Source: Eledone cirrhosa
Lineage: Eukaryota
Length of the DNA: 64,000 bases
Assembly (NCBI GenBank): GCA_964016885.1
Contig: OZ024745.1
Location: forward strand, 97,774,001 to 97,838,000
Direction: 5' to 3'
Both the position numbers and the translations under genes were made by a program. This document shows, one piece after another, positions 38,966-54,569 of this stretch. The notes beneath the pieces are model-generated. The model made no database searches, had not been told where the DNA came from, and saw nothing but the letters and a program-made list of their open reading frames with translations. Each line of letters starts with the position of its first letter. Position 1 is the first letter of the stretch.

Positions 38966-39119
38966 AGGAGGAGGAGGGCCTGGTGCGATCTTCAACTTTC
39001 TTTCATTGCGCCATTGACCATAATGAAATTTTCGTTGATTTTCGAAGCATTTGAACCTTTAAAGACGGTCCACCTCCGACTTCTAATATTTGCAGAAGTC
39101 TCCTCCCAAACATCTTGGC

Positions 39120-39290
39120 TAATTTCTCAGAGATGATAATTCGTCAGAGATGATAATTTGTCAGAGATGATGAGTTTGTCAGAGATGATAATTTGTCAGA
39201 GATGATGAGTTTGTCAGAGATGATAATTTGTCAGAGATGATGAGTTTCTCAGAGATGATGAGTTTGTCAGAGATGATGAGTTTGTCAGTA
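39120..39290. repeat. 17/18-bp minisatellite (CAGAGATGAT[AAT/GAGT]TTGT), ~9 copies
   Basis: Direct observation. Confidence 0.9.
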
Positions 39291-39309
39291 AAACGTCGCT
39301 TCGAAGTTT

Positions 39310-39580
39310 TTTGCCTCTAGCATATTCTTCAAAGGGTATAGTTCTTGGCAACCTAGTAGGACCCATTCCAGGGTACTCTCGAAGCGTTGGGTCGTTCAGG
39401 ATTGGTGGGGTACCTGAGCGAACCCTGGGTGGTCATATTGGGGAATTTTGTTGTTGTATTTTTCTTGTTACTTTGTTTTTGTTATTCATATTGTTTACTC
39501 GATTTTTCTGTAAAACCCCACTGTCCCAGTCTTTTGTATTGTCCCCTATATGTCGGCCCTTGTGGCCAATAAATGATTTC
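39310..39580 (+). mobile_element. Tx1-type LINE 3'UTR fragment
   Basis: Ends TTGTCCC..GGCCCTTGTGGCCAATAAA, matching the termini of copies 2 and 3. Confidence 0.6.
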
Positions 39581-39595
39581 ATAATAATGAAATCA

Positions 39596-39602
39596 TTATT
39601 AT

Positions 39603-39687
<85 letters not shown>
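39596..39687. repeat. (TAC)n directly followed by (TAG)n
   Basis: Direct observation. Confidence 0.95.
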
Positions 39688-40009
39688 TTTAGCAGCAGCA
39701 ATATGCCTTGCCTCGTGCTGTCGATGGCGTAATATAGGGGCCTAAATATTGGAGAGAGTAGCTCTAAAGAGGTAAAGAGAGGTGAACACAACATGTGTGC
39801 TGAGATTAGAGAAAAATTAGCAAGCCGAGAGTGTCTGAGTGGAGGTAGTATGAGTGAGAGTGGGAAGAGATGAGTAAGACGAAAGTGTTTGAGTGGTGGG
39901 GGCATGAATGAAAGGGGAGAAATGATTGAACCGAGAGTATCTGACGAGGTAGCACGAGACCAGCAGACTCTGAGAAGTAGAGATTATTGTAAAAGCAGAA
40001 GCAGAGATG

Positions 40010-40460
40010 GAAAGTATCTATAGATCAAAGGCTGGAGAGTGTCTGTGAATCAGAGACTGGAGAGTGTCTATCTGTGGATCAGAGATTGAAGAATGGTTGT
40101 CCGTAGATCAGAGACTGAAGAGTGTCTGTGGATCAGAGACTGAAGAATGTCTGTGGATCAGAGACTGGAGAGTGTCTGTGGATCAGAGACTGAAGAGTGT
40201 CTATCTGTGGATCAGAGACTGGAGAGTGTCTGTAGATCAGAGACTGGACAGTGTCTGTGGATCATAGACTGAAGAGTGTCTATCTGTGGATCAGAGATTG
40301 GAGAGTGTTCGTCTGTTGATCAGAGACTGCAGAGTGTCTGTAGATTAGAGACTGGAGAGTGTCTGTAGATCAGGGGCTGGAGAGTGTTTGTCTGTGGATC
40401 AAAGAATGGAGAGTTTTTGTCTGTGGTTCAGTGGCTGGAAAGTGTCTGACTGTGGATTGA
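40010..40460. repeat. 22/26-bp minisatellite TCTGTGGATCAGAGACTGGAGAGTG
   Basis: Direct observation. Confidence 0.9.
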
Positions 40461-40636
40461 TGATGATTAGATGAGTACATAAAGTAATAAAACATGTTAT
40501 TTTCTCATATATCTAGCCTATAAATGTAAATTATGTAAAGTACAGAAAATTATTTACTACTGACTTCTATATTCAATGATCGAAGAGAATTTCAGTTCGT
40601 ATAATTTTATTATAGCAACAGCAATACAGGGTGGTA

Positions 40637-41475
40637 TAAGGGCAGAATCGTTCAAGCGACGGATAAAATGCTTTGCAACATTTTAATTCTTAGTTCAATT
40701 CCCGCTAAGGTCAACGTTTCTTTCATCCTTTCGAGATCAATAGAATTAAGTATCAGTCAATTAATGGTTCGATATAATTAACTTTATCCTTCTCACATAT
40801 TGCTGGTCTTTTGTTAATGTTAGAAAGAATTATTCCAACAGCACATCTAACAACATCTCGTGGTTCATATGTCTGTGGTGACTCACCAATGGGTGGCAGC
40901 ACATCTGTGCTCTACGATGTGCCATAGTCAGAGAACCACTGTTCCAGGCTCTAAGTTTGAATCTAATTCGGTGTTAATGTTTCCTTTCATTTTCCAAGAG
41001 TACATAAAGTAAGACTTAATAATTGTTTCTACTTTTAGGCACAAGGCCAGGAATTTGGGGGGAGGGGGAAGACCATTAAATCGACCCCAGTGCGTTACTG
41101 GTACCTTATTTTGTCGACCTCGAAAGGATGAAAGGCAAAGCTAACCTAGGCAGGATTTGAACACAGAACGTAAAGGGCCATAACTCTATGCTGCAAAGCA
41201 TGGTGTCTGACGCTCTACCGATACTGTCAATCCACCACCCTAGTAAGACCTAATAATGATTTCTACTATAGGCACAAGGCTAGCAATTTTTGGGGAGGGG
41301 AAAGTCGATTAAATCGACCCAATGTATTACTGGTGCCTCATTTTATTGACGCCGTAAGGATAAAAAGGCAAAACTAACTGCGGCGGGATTTGAAAACAGA
41401 AGGTAAAGGGCCATAACTCTATGCTGCAAAGCATGGTGTCTGATGCTCTATCGATACTGACAATCCACCGCCCAA
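40637..41475. mobile_element. tRNA-derived SINE copies (+40637-40830, -41020-41240, -41250-41472)
   Basis: Homologous to 8357-8571. Confidence 0.8.
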
Positions 41476-41964
41476 GTAAGACCTAATACTATATTGACAT
41501 ATATCGATTTCTTCGATTATAGACATTCTATACAAAAATTGACTTTGTCTTTAAGAAAATATTAGACGACGACTGAGACTGGGCCATAATGATGTATTTT
41601 GTTACTCAATCCTTACATCTGTATGTTTCAAAGCACTACGGTTTCTCCATATCAAAGGTTTGCCATAAAAAGCCACAGTATTTACAGCATTAAAGTTCAT
41701 CCCAGGTGGTTTTTTGCTTATAATAATATTTTGCCAAGAGCAGTTTCCACGGTAATAAAAAGCAATGTAGCTTTCCACATGAGATTAAATCACAAATGTT
41801 GTTTTACACTGAAATATTCCTATCACACTAACTCCACTTATGTGATCCAATGGGAAGTATAAAAATACATCCGGTGATTTTCTCAAAGACTTGACAATGT
41901 CTAATGGTCGAATACAAACTTGTTTTTCATTGGTCGAGAGATTGGTTCTCTATACTCGACGACT

Positions 41965-42230
41965 GTACACATTCACAAACACACGCATACTTACATACAG
42001 ATATACACACACACACATACACACGTACACACACATACATACACACATACACATGTACACACATACACATACTCAAACACACACAGAACGACACCCACGC
42101 ATACACACGCACACATACATACAGACAGAAACACACACGCATACACACATACATATACACACAGGCATACAGACACACAGAGACATAGACACAGACACAA
42201 ACACACACACACACACAGACACACACATAG

Positions 42231-42279
<49 letters not shown>

Positions 42280-42464
42280 GACAAACACAGACATACACAC
42301 AAACACACAGAGGCAGAAACACATATACATACATACACACAGACACACACAGATACACACAGACGCACACAGACACACGGACACACACACATACACACAC
42401 ACACACACACAAACACAAATACACACACAAACACACAGATACACACATACAGACACACACATAG

Positions 42465-42503
<39 letters not shown>

Positions 42504-42675
42504 AAGACAAACACAGACATACACACAAACACACAGAGGCAGAAACACATATACATACATACACACAGACACACACAGATACACACAGACGCACACAGAC
42601 ACACGGACACACACACATACACACACACACACACAAACACACAGATACACACATACATACACACAGCCACACATG
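41965..42675. repeat. Compound (CA)n microsatellite with a ~240-bp internal tandem duplication
   Basis: AAAGACAAACACAGACATAC..GAGGCAGAAAC..ACGGACAC occurs at ~42277 and ~42503. Confidence 0.9.
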
Positions 42676-42776
42676 CAGCTCATACATTCTCCTCTTGTCC
42701 TCCCGTCTAGTCTGATGTATCGCCATTTTCTACCTTCCCTCTCCAATTCTAGTTTTCTTCTCCCTGAAGTAATAGG

Positions 42777-42965
42777 AAATAATTGTTTCTACTTTTGGCA
42801 CAAGGCCAGCAATTACCCAGTACATTACTGGTACTTTATTTTATCGACCCCGCAAGGATTAAAGGCAAAGTTAACCTCGGCGGGATTTGAACTCAGAGCG
42901 TAAAGGGACGTAACTATGCTGGAAAGCATGGCGTCCAACCCTCTACCGGTACTGCCAATTCCCCG
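42777..42965 (-). mobile_element. tRNA-derived SINE (short subfamily)
   Basis: Near-identical to 8574-8756. Confidence 0.85.
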
Positions 42966-42974
42966 GAAATAATG

Positions 42975-43280
42975 GACTTTCGTCGGTTACGACGACAAGT
43001 TGTTCCAACGGAACCGTTTGATCATGAACGCAACGTATAAAATGACTGAGCATTCTACAGCCACGTGTATCCTGAAAATAATTCTCAGGGAGACTCAGCA
43101 CGTCACAGCTACAGCCCATCCGAGGGGCTTCCAAAAGGTTTCTGTCTACAAAATTTCACTCACAAAGCATGGATGAAACTGGGGCTATAGTAAATAACAC
43201 TTTCCAAAGATGTCACACAGAGGGATCGAACCCGGAACCTAGTGATCCCAAAGCGAACTTCTTAACCATTCGGTCAAGCT
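42975..43280 (-). mobile_element. Second tRNA-derived SINE family
   Basis: Minus-strand B-box GGTTCGATCC at ~43223-43233 in a tRNA-like head. Confidence 0.55.
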
Positions 43281-43742
43281 ACGTCTCTATATTCAAAGTC
43301 TACTACAGATCCCTGATTACGTCTCTCTCAGCCCGACCCCACACCGTTTCTTCTTTTGAATTACTTTATTATTTATTCAATTAATTTTTTATTTACTTGC
43401 CTTTATTGTCTTTCTCCTTTTCCTCTTTCTCTCACTTCATCCCTCAGACGACATACAACCGCTGGAAACGTTCTATTCTTCTGTTTTCGCTATAATTGAA
43501 CTGATAGGTCTATTCTAAGAACTCTCCTGCCAACTGACTGTTTTCCAACACACATGCACGCACACACACACACACACGCACACACACACACACACATAGA
43601 CACACACACACACGCACACACACACACATAAATACAAAAACACACACATATATCTATTTACATATATATCTATATATATATATACATATATATATATGTG
43701 TGTGTGTGCGTGTGCGTGCGTGCGCGCGCGGGCGTTTGTATG

Positions 43743-43791
<49 letters not shown>

Positions 43792-43794
<3 letters not shown>

Positions 43795-44340
43795 ACGAGT
43801 CAACAAGGAAAAACAACACAAGTGTACAATACAGTACAACGAAGATATGTGTTGGTTTAACGCTTGATATAGTAGGAAAAGAGTCTTAAAGTTTCGGTCG
43901 CCAGTCCTTCATCGGAAGATAGAATGAGTGATAGAAGAAGATATAGAAGAATAGACGAGAGGAAGAAGAAATAGACACAGAAACAATATTTTACAGGGGG
44001 AGGAATGTTTGTGTTTAGACAGCTGTTTTGGATGAATGGGGGGTCAGAATGTGAGTTGGATTTAGCAATGTTTCAGGTAATGGTAATACTTTCAATAGAA
44101 AAGATGTTATAGAGTAGACAGTTGTGAAAGTGCCTTTGAAATATTCAATGTAAAGATGATTAATTGACTTAAGAAGCTTTATAGCTTTATAGCAGCCATA
44201 TTTTCAAATTTTATATATCATGGGTGGGATGAACGTAACCTTTTACCTTTCCAAGAACTTTCTTTTCTTTCTGCATATACTACACTGAAAAATAATTTTT
44301 TTTGACAACGGCCAGCAATTATGCTCACGTGACACAGGTC
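43792..44340 (-). mobile_element. Decayed PLE 3' remnant with degenerate minimal hammerhead (43884-43919)
   Basis: Minus strand TCTT-CCGATGA-AGG..CC-GAAAC-TTT-AAGA; ends in (TA)n. Confidence 0.5.
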
Positions 44341-44593
44341 ATAGACAACGGATGTTTAGATCAAGTAATGCCTGTGTTTGAAGAAACATAAGACTTTTAT
44401 TCTGACAGCCCTTCTGTATTCTTCCGAATACATACACAGCCAGCATTCGACAGTTGCTTGAGATACGTTTGAGCCGATAGAAGTCAAACACATACATATA
44501 TCTGTATAATTGCAGGCCTTGTGCCAAAAGAAGAAACAAATATATAAATAATATTTGCAGGAATCCAACAGAATATACAACACCAGAGTATAG

Positions 44594-47500
44594 CACACTA
44601 CACTACACCACACTACACTACACTACACAATGCACTATACTACACTACAATACACCACTCTACATCACACTACACAATGCACCATACCACACTACACTAC
44701 ACCACACTACACTACACAATGCACTATACCACACTACACTACACCACTCTACATCACACAACACAATGCACCATACCACACTACACTACACCACACTACA
44801 CTACACAATGCACCATACCACACTACACTACACCACTCTACATCACACTACACAATGCACCATACAACACTACACTACACCACACTACACTACACAATGC
44901 ACCATACCACACTACACTACACCACTCTACATCACACTACACAATGCACCATACAACACTACACTACACCACACTACACTACACAATGCACCATACCACA
45001 CTACACTACACCACTCTACATCACACTACACAATGCACCATACAACACTACACTACAGCACACTACACTACACAATGCACCATACCACACTACACTACAC
45101 CACTCTACATCACACTACACAATGCACCATACAACACTACACTACACCACACTACACTACACAATGCACCATACCACACTACACTACACCACACTACATC
45201 ACACTACACTACACCACACTACACTAAACCACTCTACCTCACACTATACAATGCATCATACCACACTACACTACACCTCTCTACACTACACCACTCTACA
45301 TCACACTATACAATGTACTATACCACACTACACTACACCACACTACATTACACCACACTACATCTCACCACATCGCACTACACTACACCACTTTACATCA
45401 CACTATACAATGTACCATACCACACCACACTACATCACACTATACAATGCACTATACCACACTACACCACTCTACACCACACTATACAATGCACCATACC
45501 ACACTACACTACACTACACTACACTACACTACACCACTCTACACCACGCTATGCAATATACTACACCACACTACACTACACCACACTATACAATGTACTA
45601 CACCACACTACACTACACCACACTACACCACACTATACAATGCACTATACCACACTACACTACATCACACCACACTATACAATGTACTATACCACACTAC
45701 ACTACACCACACTACATCTCACCACACCACACTACACTACACCACTCTACATCACACTATACAATGCACTATACCACACTACACTACACCACTCTACACC
45801 ACACTATACAATGTACTATACCACACTACACTACACCACACTACATCTCACCACACCACACTACACTACACCACACTACACCACACTATGCAATGCACTA
45901 TACCACACTACACTACACCACTCTACACCACACTATACAATGTACTATACCACACTACACTACACCACACTACATCTCACCACACCACACTACACTACAC
46001 CACACTACACCACACTATGCAATGCACTATACCACACTACACTACACCACTCTACATCACACTATACAATGCACTATACCACACTACACTACACCACTCT
46101 ACACCACACTATACAATGTACTATACCACACTACACTACACCACACTACATCTCACCACACCACACTACACTACACCACACTACACCACACTATGCAATG
46201 CACTATACCACACTACACTACACCACTCTACACCACACTATACAATGTACTATACCACACTACACTACACCACACTACATCTCACCACACCACACTACAC
46301 TACACCACACTACACCACACTATGCAATGCACTATACCACACTACACTACACCACTCTACACCACACTATACAATGTACTATACCACACTACACTACACC
46401 ACACTACATCTCACCACACCACACTACACTACACCACTCTACACCACACTATACAATGTTCTATATACCACACTACACTACACCACTCTACACCACACTA
46501 TACAATGTACTATACCACACTACACTACACCACACTACATCTCACCACACCACACTACACTACACCACACTACACCACACTATGCAATGCACTATACCAC
46601 ACTACACTACACCACTCTACATCACACTATACAATGCACTATACCACACTACACTACACCACTCTACACCACACTATACAATGTACTATACCACACTACA
46701 CTACACCACACTACATCTCACCACACCACACTAAACTACACCACACTACACCACACTATACAATACACTACACCACACTACACCACACTACACTACACCA
46801 CACTACACCACACTATACAATGTACTACACCACACTACACTACACCACACTACACCACACTACACCACACTATACAATGCACTATACCACACTACACTAC
46901 ATCACACCACACTATACAATGCACCATACCACACTACACTACACTACACTACACTACACCACTCTACACCACACTATACAATGTACTACACCACACTACA
47001 CTACACCACACTACACCACACTATACAATGCACTATACCACACTACACTACATCACACCACACTATACAATGCACCATACCACACTACACTACACTACAC
47101 TACACTACACTACACTACACTACACTACACCACTCTACACCACACTATACAATGTACTACACCACACTACACTACACCACACTACACCACACTATACAAT
47201 GTACTATACCACACCACACTACACCACACTATACAATGCACTATACCACACTACACTACATCACACCACACTATACAATGCACCATACCACACTACACTA
47301 CACTACACTACACTACACTACACTACACTACACCACTCTACACCACACTATACAATGTACTACACCACACTACACCACACCACACTACACCACACTACAC
47401 CACACTATACAATGTACTATACCACACTACACTACACCACACTATACAATGCACTATACCACACTACACTACATCACACCACACTATACAATGCACCATA

Positions 47501-49985
47501 CCACACTACACTACACTACACTACACTACACTACACTACACTACACTACACTACACCACTCTACACCACACTATACAATGTACTACACCACACTACACCA
47601 CACCACACTACACCACTCTACACCACACTATACAATGTACTACACCACACTACACTACACCACACTACACCACACTACACCACACTATACAATGTACTAC
47701 ACCACACCACACTACACCACACTATACAATGTACTATACCACACTACACTACATCACACTACACTACACCACACTACACTATACAATGTACTATACCACA
47801 CTACACTACACCACACTACACCACACTACACCACATCACACTACACCACACTACACCACACCACACTACACCACACTACACCACACTATACAATGTACTA
47901 CACCACACCACACTACACTACACCACACTACACCACACTACACCACACTACACCACACTACACCACACTATACAATGTACTACACCACACCACACTACAC
48001 CACACTACACCACACTATACAATGTACTACACCACACCACACTACACTACACCACACTACACCACACTACACCACACTATACAATGTACTACACCACACC
48101 ACACTACACTACACCACACTACACCACACTACACCACACTATACAATGTACTACACCACACCACACTACACCACACTACACTACACTATACAATGTACTA
48201 CACCACACCACACTACACTACACCACACTACACCACACTACACCACACTATACAATGTACTACACCACACCACACTACACCACACTACACCACACCACAC
48301 TATACAATGTACTACACCACACCACACTACACCACACTACACCACACCACACTATACAATGTACTACACTACACCACACTACACCACACTACACCACACC
48401 ACACTATACAATGTACTACACCACACCACACTACACCACACTACACCACACTATACAATGTACTACACCACACCACACTACACTACACCACACTACACCA
48501 CACTACACCACACTACACCACACTACACCACACTATACAATGTACTACACCACACCACACTACACTACACCACACTACACCACACTACACCACACTATAC
48601 AATGTACTACACCACACCACACTACACTACACCACACTACACCACACTACACCACACTATACAATGTACTACACCACACCACACTACACCACACTACACC
48701 ACACTACACCACACTACACCACACTATACAATGTACTACACCACACCACACTACACCACACTACACCACACTATACAATGTACTACACCACACCACACTA
48801 CACTACACCACACTACACCACACTACACCACACTATACAATGTACTACACTACACCACACTACACCACACTACACCACACTATACAATGTACTACACCAC
48901 ACCACACTACACTACACCACACTACACCACACTACACCACACTACACCACACTACACCACACTACACCACACTATACAATGTACTACACCACACCACACT
49001 ACACCACACTACACCACACTATACAATGTACTACACCACACCACACTACACTACACCACACTACACCACACTACACCACACTATACAATGTACTACACCA
49101 CACCACACTACACTACACCACACTACACCACACTACACCACACTATACAATGTACTACACCACACCACACTACACTACACCACACTACACTACACTACAC
49201 CACACTACACCACACTACACCACACTATACAATGTACTACACCACACCACACTACACTACACCACACTACACCACACTACACCACACTATACAATGTACT
49301 ACACCACACCACACTACACTACACCACACTACACTACACTACACCACACTACACCACACTACACCACACTATACAATGTACTACACCACACCACACTACA
49401 CCACACTACACCACACTATACAATGTACTACACCACACCACACTACACTACACTACACCACACTACACCACACTACACCACACTATACAATGTACTACAC
49501 CACACCACACTACACTACACCACACTACACCACACTATACAATGTACTACACCACACCACACTACACTACACCACACTACACCACACTACACCACACTAT
49601 ACAATGTACTACACCACACCACACTACACTACACCACACTACACCACACTATACAATGTACTACACCACACCACACTACACCACGCTACACCACACTATA
49701 CAATGTACTACACCACACTACACCACACTACACCACACTATACAATGTACTATACCACACTACACTACACCACACTACACCACTCTACACCACACTATAC
49801 AATGTACTACACCACACTACACCACACTACACCACACTACACCACACTATACAATGTACTACACCACACCACACTACACTACACCACACTACACCACACT
49901 ACACCACACTATACAATGTACTACACCACACTACACCACACTATACAATGTACTATACCACACTACACTACATCACACATCACAC
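44594..49985. repeat. 5.4-kb pentanucleotide-based satellite (CACTA/CACCA with CAATG punctuation)
   Basis: Direct observation; + strand almost free of G. Confidence 0.97.
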
Positions 49986-50090
49986 AACGCAATACACATG
50001 CTCTTAGGAATCCAACATACATTTGCAAATAACTAACACGTACATTATCTTAACTCTAATCATCGCTAATCAATCATCAATCCCATATAT

Positions 50091-50245
50091 CAGGCATGTC
50101 AAACTGAGGGTACCCTAGGACCACATGGGTCACATATGTGTTGTCTGAGGGCCACACACGACAACTTTACAACACATTTTTTTATTTTATATTACGAAGA
50201 AGAAACATGCTCGCGCTGTAAAAACGTTTGTGCGGGCCGCACATC
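50091..50245. mobile_element. Possible hAT-Charlie-type MITE remnant
   Basis: Starts CAGGCATGTCAAACT, internal GGGCC(A/G)CAC motifs; matching right end not found. Confidence 0.4.
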
Positions 50246-50689
50246 GTGTTATGATATAAGTATTAGACTTAACTAAGTAACGTAGTCACTCTGTTTAATT
50301 AAAACCCTTCTGAAGTCGGGAATCTTGTAAAGTCATAGTTTAATGACTGAAACCAGTAAAATTATACCGAAATAAATATCGGGCTCACTTAGGTAGGTTA
50401 AAATACAATAGAAGCCAGCGGGACTCAGGTATTGTCATAGTCTAATGATTGACACTAGTTAAAGAAGGTACACATAGTCAATATATATACTCAATATTGC
50501 TATTTAAACAGGGTGATTCCAATAGAAAATGTGTTCTTCACTCAATATCAGTGTATTATGTGTTTGTAACCAGCAGTGTCTACATCATATATGGGAGGAT
50601 GAAGTCTCACTTTAAAATATTTTATTCATTATGGAAGTGTATGTGTATTACAAGTCAAGGTAGCTGGTCCTAGTGCAGATACTTTATTC

Positions 50690-51090
50690 CTCGCTCTTGA
50701 TTCCCTCAGCTGTTGTTGACGGCTAGATTTGAAACTTTTAATGGCACTATAACAACTCAATCTCCACATATTTCGATTGAGGGCCACCTCTTCAAAGGTC
50801 TTTTAAAGTTATGCCAACAGCTTTAGGATTACTTCTCAGTTTGTTTTTATACTTGAGCCATGGCCTTTCTATATTCCATTTACCATTGTGAAGTTCACTG
50901 TAGGTATTCGATCGTCACTCATTCTGATGATGTAACAAACCTATCGTAATATGAGTTATATGAGAAAAGTCTCGGGGGTTCAAATTTTACATTTCGTGAA
51001 AAGATCAGCATTCGAAATGTTATCTTCAAGTGTGTAACCACAAATTGTATGAAGATAACCCTTGTGATACTCATCTATGTGATTTATGCG
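50690..51090 (-). mobile_element. Decayed RTE LINE 3' coding remnant
   Basis: Minus-strand translation IIRMSDDRIP / SELHNGKWNIERPWLKYKNKL resembles RTE RMxDxRxP..ELxxGxR..GRP. Confidence 0.65.
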
Positions 51091-52083
51091 TGTGGACTGA
51101 GATTCATACAAACGTGGGGTGAAAATAACGGCTTTGTAGACTCTGTGGTTTCTAACTATGTCTCTCTCATTCCAGTGACGATGACATTTTTTCCTTCAGC
51201 CTTTCAACCTCCTTTTTCTTTCCTGATAAAAGACCAACATCCAAAACATTGAAATATTTCTTTTCTATTACCAGCATGCAGGAAACTAATAAAACTTTGT
51301 ATAATTGTATCTCCATTTTTTTTTATATCTTGAATGATCCTTTATAATAGACAGAGTGTAATTTGAGGGAAGATTTTTGCTGTAATTTCTAACAGGTCGG
51401 GCGAACACGTAGAGACGTCGCTCATTAGCTCGCAAACTCGTCATCTGCAGGTATCATAGCTATAATAAACATTACCCATAGTTAGATAGTAAAGTTACAT
51501 GTAGTAACATAAGTTTTCTGATCATTAACATAACTAAACGGTTACCGTTTATAGGAGGAATGCCTGTCTAATGACCCGCTTCTCTCATGCCATATCCAGT
51601 CAACCACTTCGTTCATCATCTTCAATGACTATAACTTCACGTACCTATAATTCACTACTGGTAAAGCAAATTATTGCTGTAAAATGTAAAATCTATACTA
51701 CGTATTCTCTACTAGAAATAGCAGTCAAAACTTTCTCAAATCATACACTACCGTCTCTTAAAAAAAGAAGAAAAAAAACGAAAAACAAAAACACTGGATA
51801 ATACAGTACGAGGTAGATTATGCATAAAAAATATAGGAGATAGTTACGATTGAAATGCCTCAATCAAGGTCATCTTGAGGCTAAACAATAACAACTCTAA
51901 CGAGCTACTTCTCTAATAGTATAGTCAACCAACCATTTCACTCACGAGCACTACCTTATAATTCAATGGTGGGCATGGCAAATTATTGCGTTTCGTCCCT
52001 GTTGCAAAATGTATAGGTGTCCATTTTGAGTTAACTAATCTTCAACGAACATATTGATAACATTTCATACAACTGCTCTTATC

Positions 52084-52237
52084 CCCCCCCCCCCTTCTCT
52101 CTCTCTCTCTCTCTCTCTCTCTTTGTGTCTCTCTCTCTCCCTCTATCCCTCTGTCTCTCTCTCTCTGTATATCTTTCCCTAGCTCACTCTCTGTCTCTCT
52201 CACTAGCTCACTCTCTCTCACTCTCCCCTCTCTCTCT

Positions 52238-52286
<49 letters not shown>

Positions 52287-52338
52287 ATTTCTCTCTCGCT
52301 CGCCCACTCTGTCTCTCTCCGTCTCTGTCTCTCTCTAG

Positions 52339-52373
<35 letters not shown>

Positions 52374-52555
52374 TCTCTCTCGCCCTCTCTCGCTCTCTCT
52401 TCCTCTTTCTCTCTCTCTCTCTTCCTCTCTCATTTTCTCTCTCATTATATCTCCTTCTGTCCGTCTGCCTATCTCTCTTTCTCCCCCCCCCCCTCTCGCC
52501 CTTTTCTCCTCCCTTCCTCCTCCTCTCTCTCTCTCATTTTCTGTTTCTCTCTCAA
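52084..52555. repeat. Degenerate (CT)n tract
   Basis: Direct observation. Confidence 0.9.
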
Positions 52556-53048
52556 TGGAATATAACAAATATTAATAGATTTTGTTTTTCGTCTCTTTCC
52601 TTATTTCATTGTGGAACCCTTATTCAGACTTTGATTACCTCCATACTGGATATGTGTAACACTTTGTTGGCTTCCACCACAGGTCAAACATCAATCAATT
52701 CTACCGTGTTTAGAATGCTGTTCAACGTCTTATATATAATACGTGCAGTTGTAAGAATAACAAGGATTTCAAGGAACCCTATCTTTTTTATTGAAGAATT
52801 ATTGATCAGAGAAGTAAAACAAGAGGATGTATCTTGCCCGTTGATTCCATCAGATATTTTCGATCCCAGTTGAATCATTTACTTATTCCAATAAGGTTCT
52901 TCAGACAATATTATATTTCTCCTCAGCAAATCTATATATTTTTTTCACTCAAATATACACATATGCGCGTACATACACACATACACATACACAGACACAC
53001 ACATATATATGTACACACACACGCACACACACATATATATATATATAA

Positions 53049-53101
<53 letters not shown>

Positions 53102-53139
53102 GGAACAAGTAAGACCCCTTATATATATATATATATATA

Positions 53140-53497
53140 AGGGACAGGTTTTACTGGTGGGGTGGTTCATCTGTTCCCAACACCCTCAACGCGGCGGGCT
53201 GACCCTGCGTATATTTGTTAAAGGAGAAGGTGAATGTAGCGAGAATGGCCCGAAGGGATGGGTCTACTAGGAACATGCGCCTGTCAGCTGAAGAGCTTCA
53301 AGAAGGGAGGGGTACCTTCCTATGGCGTTCTTCGATATTAGAGTGGTTTAGTATCTGTGTGGTTCCGAAACTACCCCTGAGTGGTCCCTCTCCCGTATTG
53401 GGGAATTGTATAGTTATTTATTTATTGTTAATAAATCCCCACTGACCCTGCTGTTTTGTATAGTCGTTTATATTTTGGCCCTAGTGGCCAATAAAAT
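53140..53497 (+). mobile_element. Internally deleted Tx1-type LINE 3' fragment
   Basis: ICSQHPQRGGL joined to VNVARMAR, then a 3'UTR ending GCCCTAGTGGCCAATAAA. Confidence 0.7.
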
Positions 53498-53616
53498 AAT
53501 TGTTCCTACTTTTGGCACAAGGCCAGCAATTACCCAGTACATTACTGGTACTTTATTTTATCGACCCTGTAAGGAGGAAAGGAAAAGTTAACCTCGACGG
53601 GATTTGAACTCAGACC
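53496..53616 (-). mobile_element. SINE (short subfamily), truncated
   Basis: Homologous to 42777-42900. Confidence 0.8.
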
Positions 53617-54569
53617 AATGAAATAATATAATTATTATTGATGTTGTTTTGTAGTTGCTGTTGTCGTCTTATACCAACGAAATCAATTTCAGTTTATACA
53701 CAACTTATTCTTCAAATGCTACAACTATTACATATACTGGCTGATTATTTTGGGAATATTTATAGCAATAAGACATGTTTCTTTATATTATTAAATATAC
53801 CTTTTAAATGTATTTTATAACATGGTTACATCTACAGCTAAATATGAAGAACTGACAAGATATCACAGAGATACTGTCTCTGTATGGAACAGGATTAATT
53901 TTTAAAAAATCCTTCCGTCACCATAAATAGGAAACATGCTCCAAGAGGAAAAAAAGATCTATATATATTTTCATCTCTACTTATTCTATAATTTAGCTTC
54001 ACTTGTAGGACAGAAATAAAATGTATAAAAAAAAAATAATGTGAGATGGAATATTTTATAGTAAATTGAAATATAAAATGGAAGGGGTGATTGGTGGTGG
54101 TGGTTAAAATCGAAGAAAAAATAAGAAGGTTTCTTCAAAATAGCTATTAATCTCATGTATGCTGTTATAAAAGTGTGGGAAAATAGCTCTAACGAAATGG
54201 TGACACAGTGATGGTAATTCTAAAGACAGCCAAGATTCTATGAATTGAACTCATTAGAGGAAAAAGATTACTGCAAGCAACGTAGAAGCTAAACAATAAA
54301 AGCTGATCTTAAACTGAGGATAGTGCTTCTGTGCTACTGTTACATTAAAATAGTTTTATTCCGAGTTTTTTTTTATGCAGTCCATTATAAAATATACTCA
54401 ACAGAATATGACGTCCACATTTTATTTAACGATATACAATAACAGCCAGCATTTATATTGATGTTCTGCAGCATTTGTGGTAATGGTGGTAATGATAGTC
54501 GCCGTCGTCGGTGTTGTTGATCTGGTCAGTTCTGATTTTAACAAACGTATGATGTATAGATAGTTCGTT

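Noticed and set aside
38966-39125. Coding-like minus-strand segment at the satellite's right edge
   Set aside because: Short, contains a stop, only vague resemblance to a LINE ORF1
41891-42746. His/Thr and Cys/Val ORFs
   Set aside because: Translations of (CA)n
44630-50036. 1000-1800-aa His/Thr/Tyr-rich ORFs
   Set aside because: All three frames are open because the G-poor pentamer repeat rarely forms stop codons
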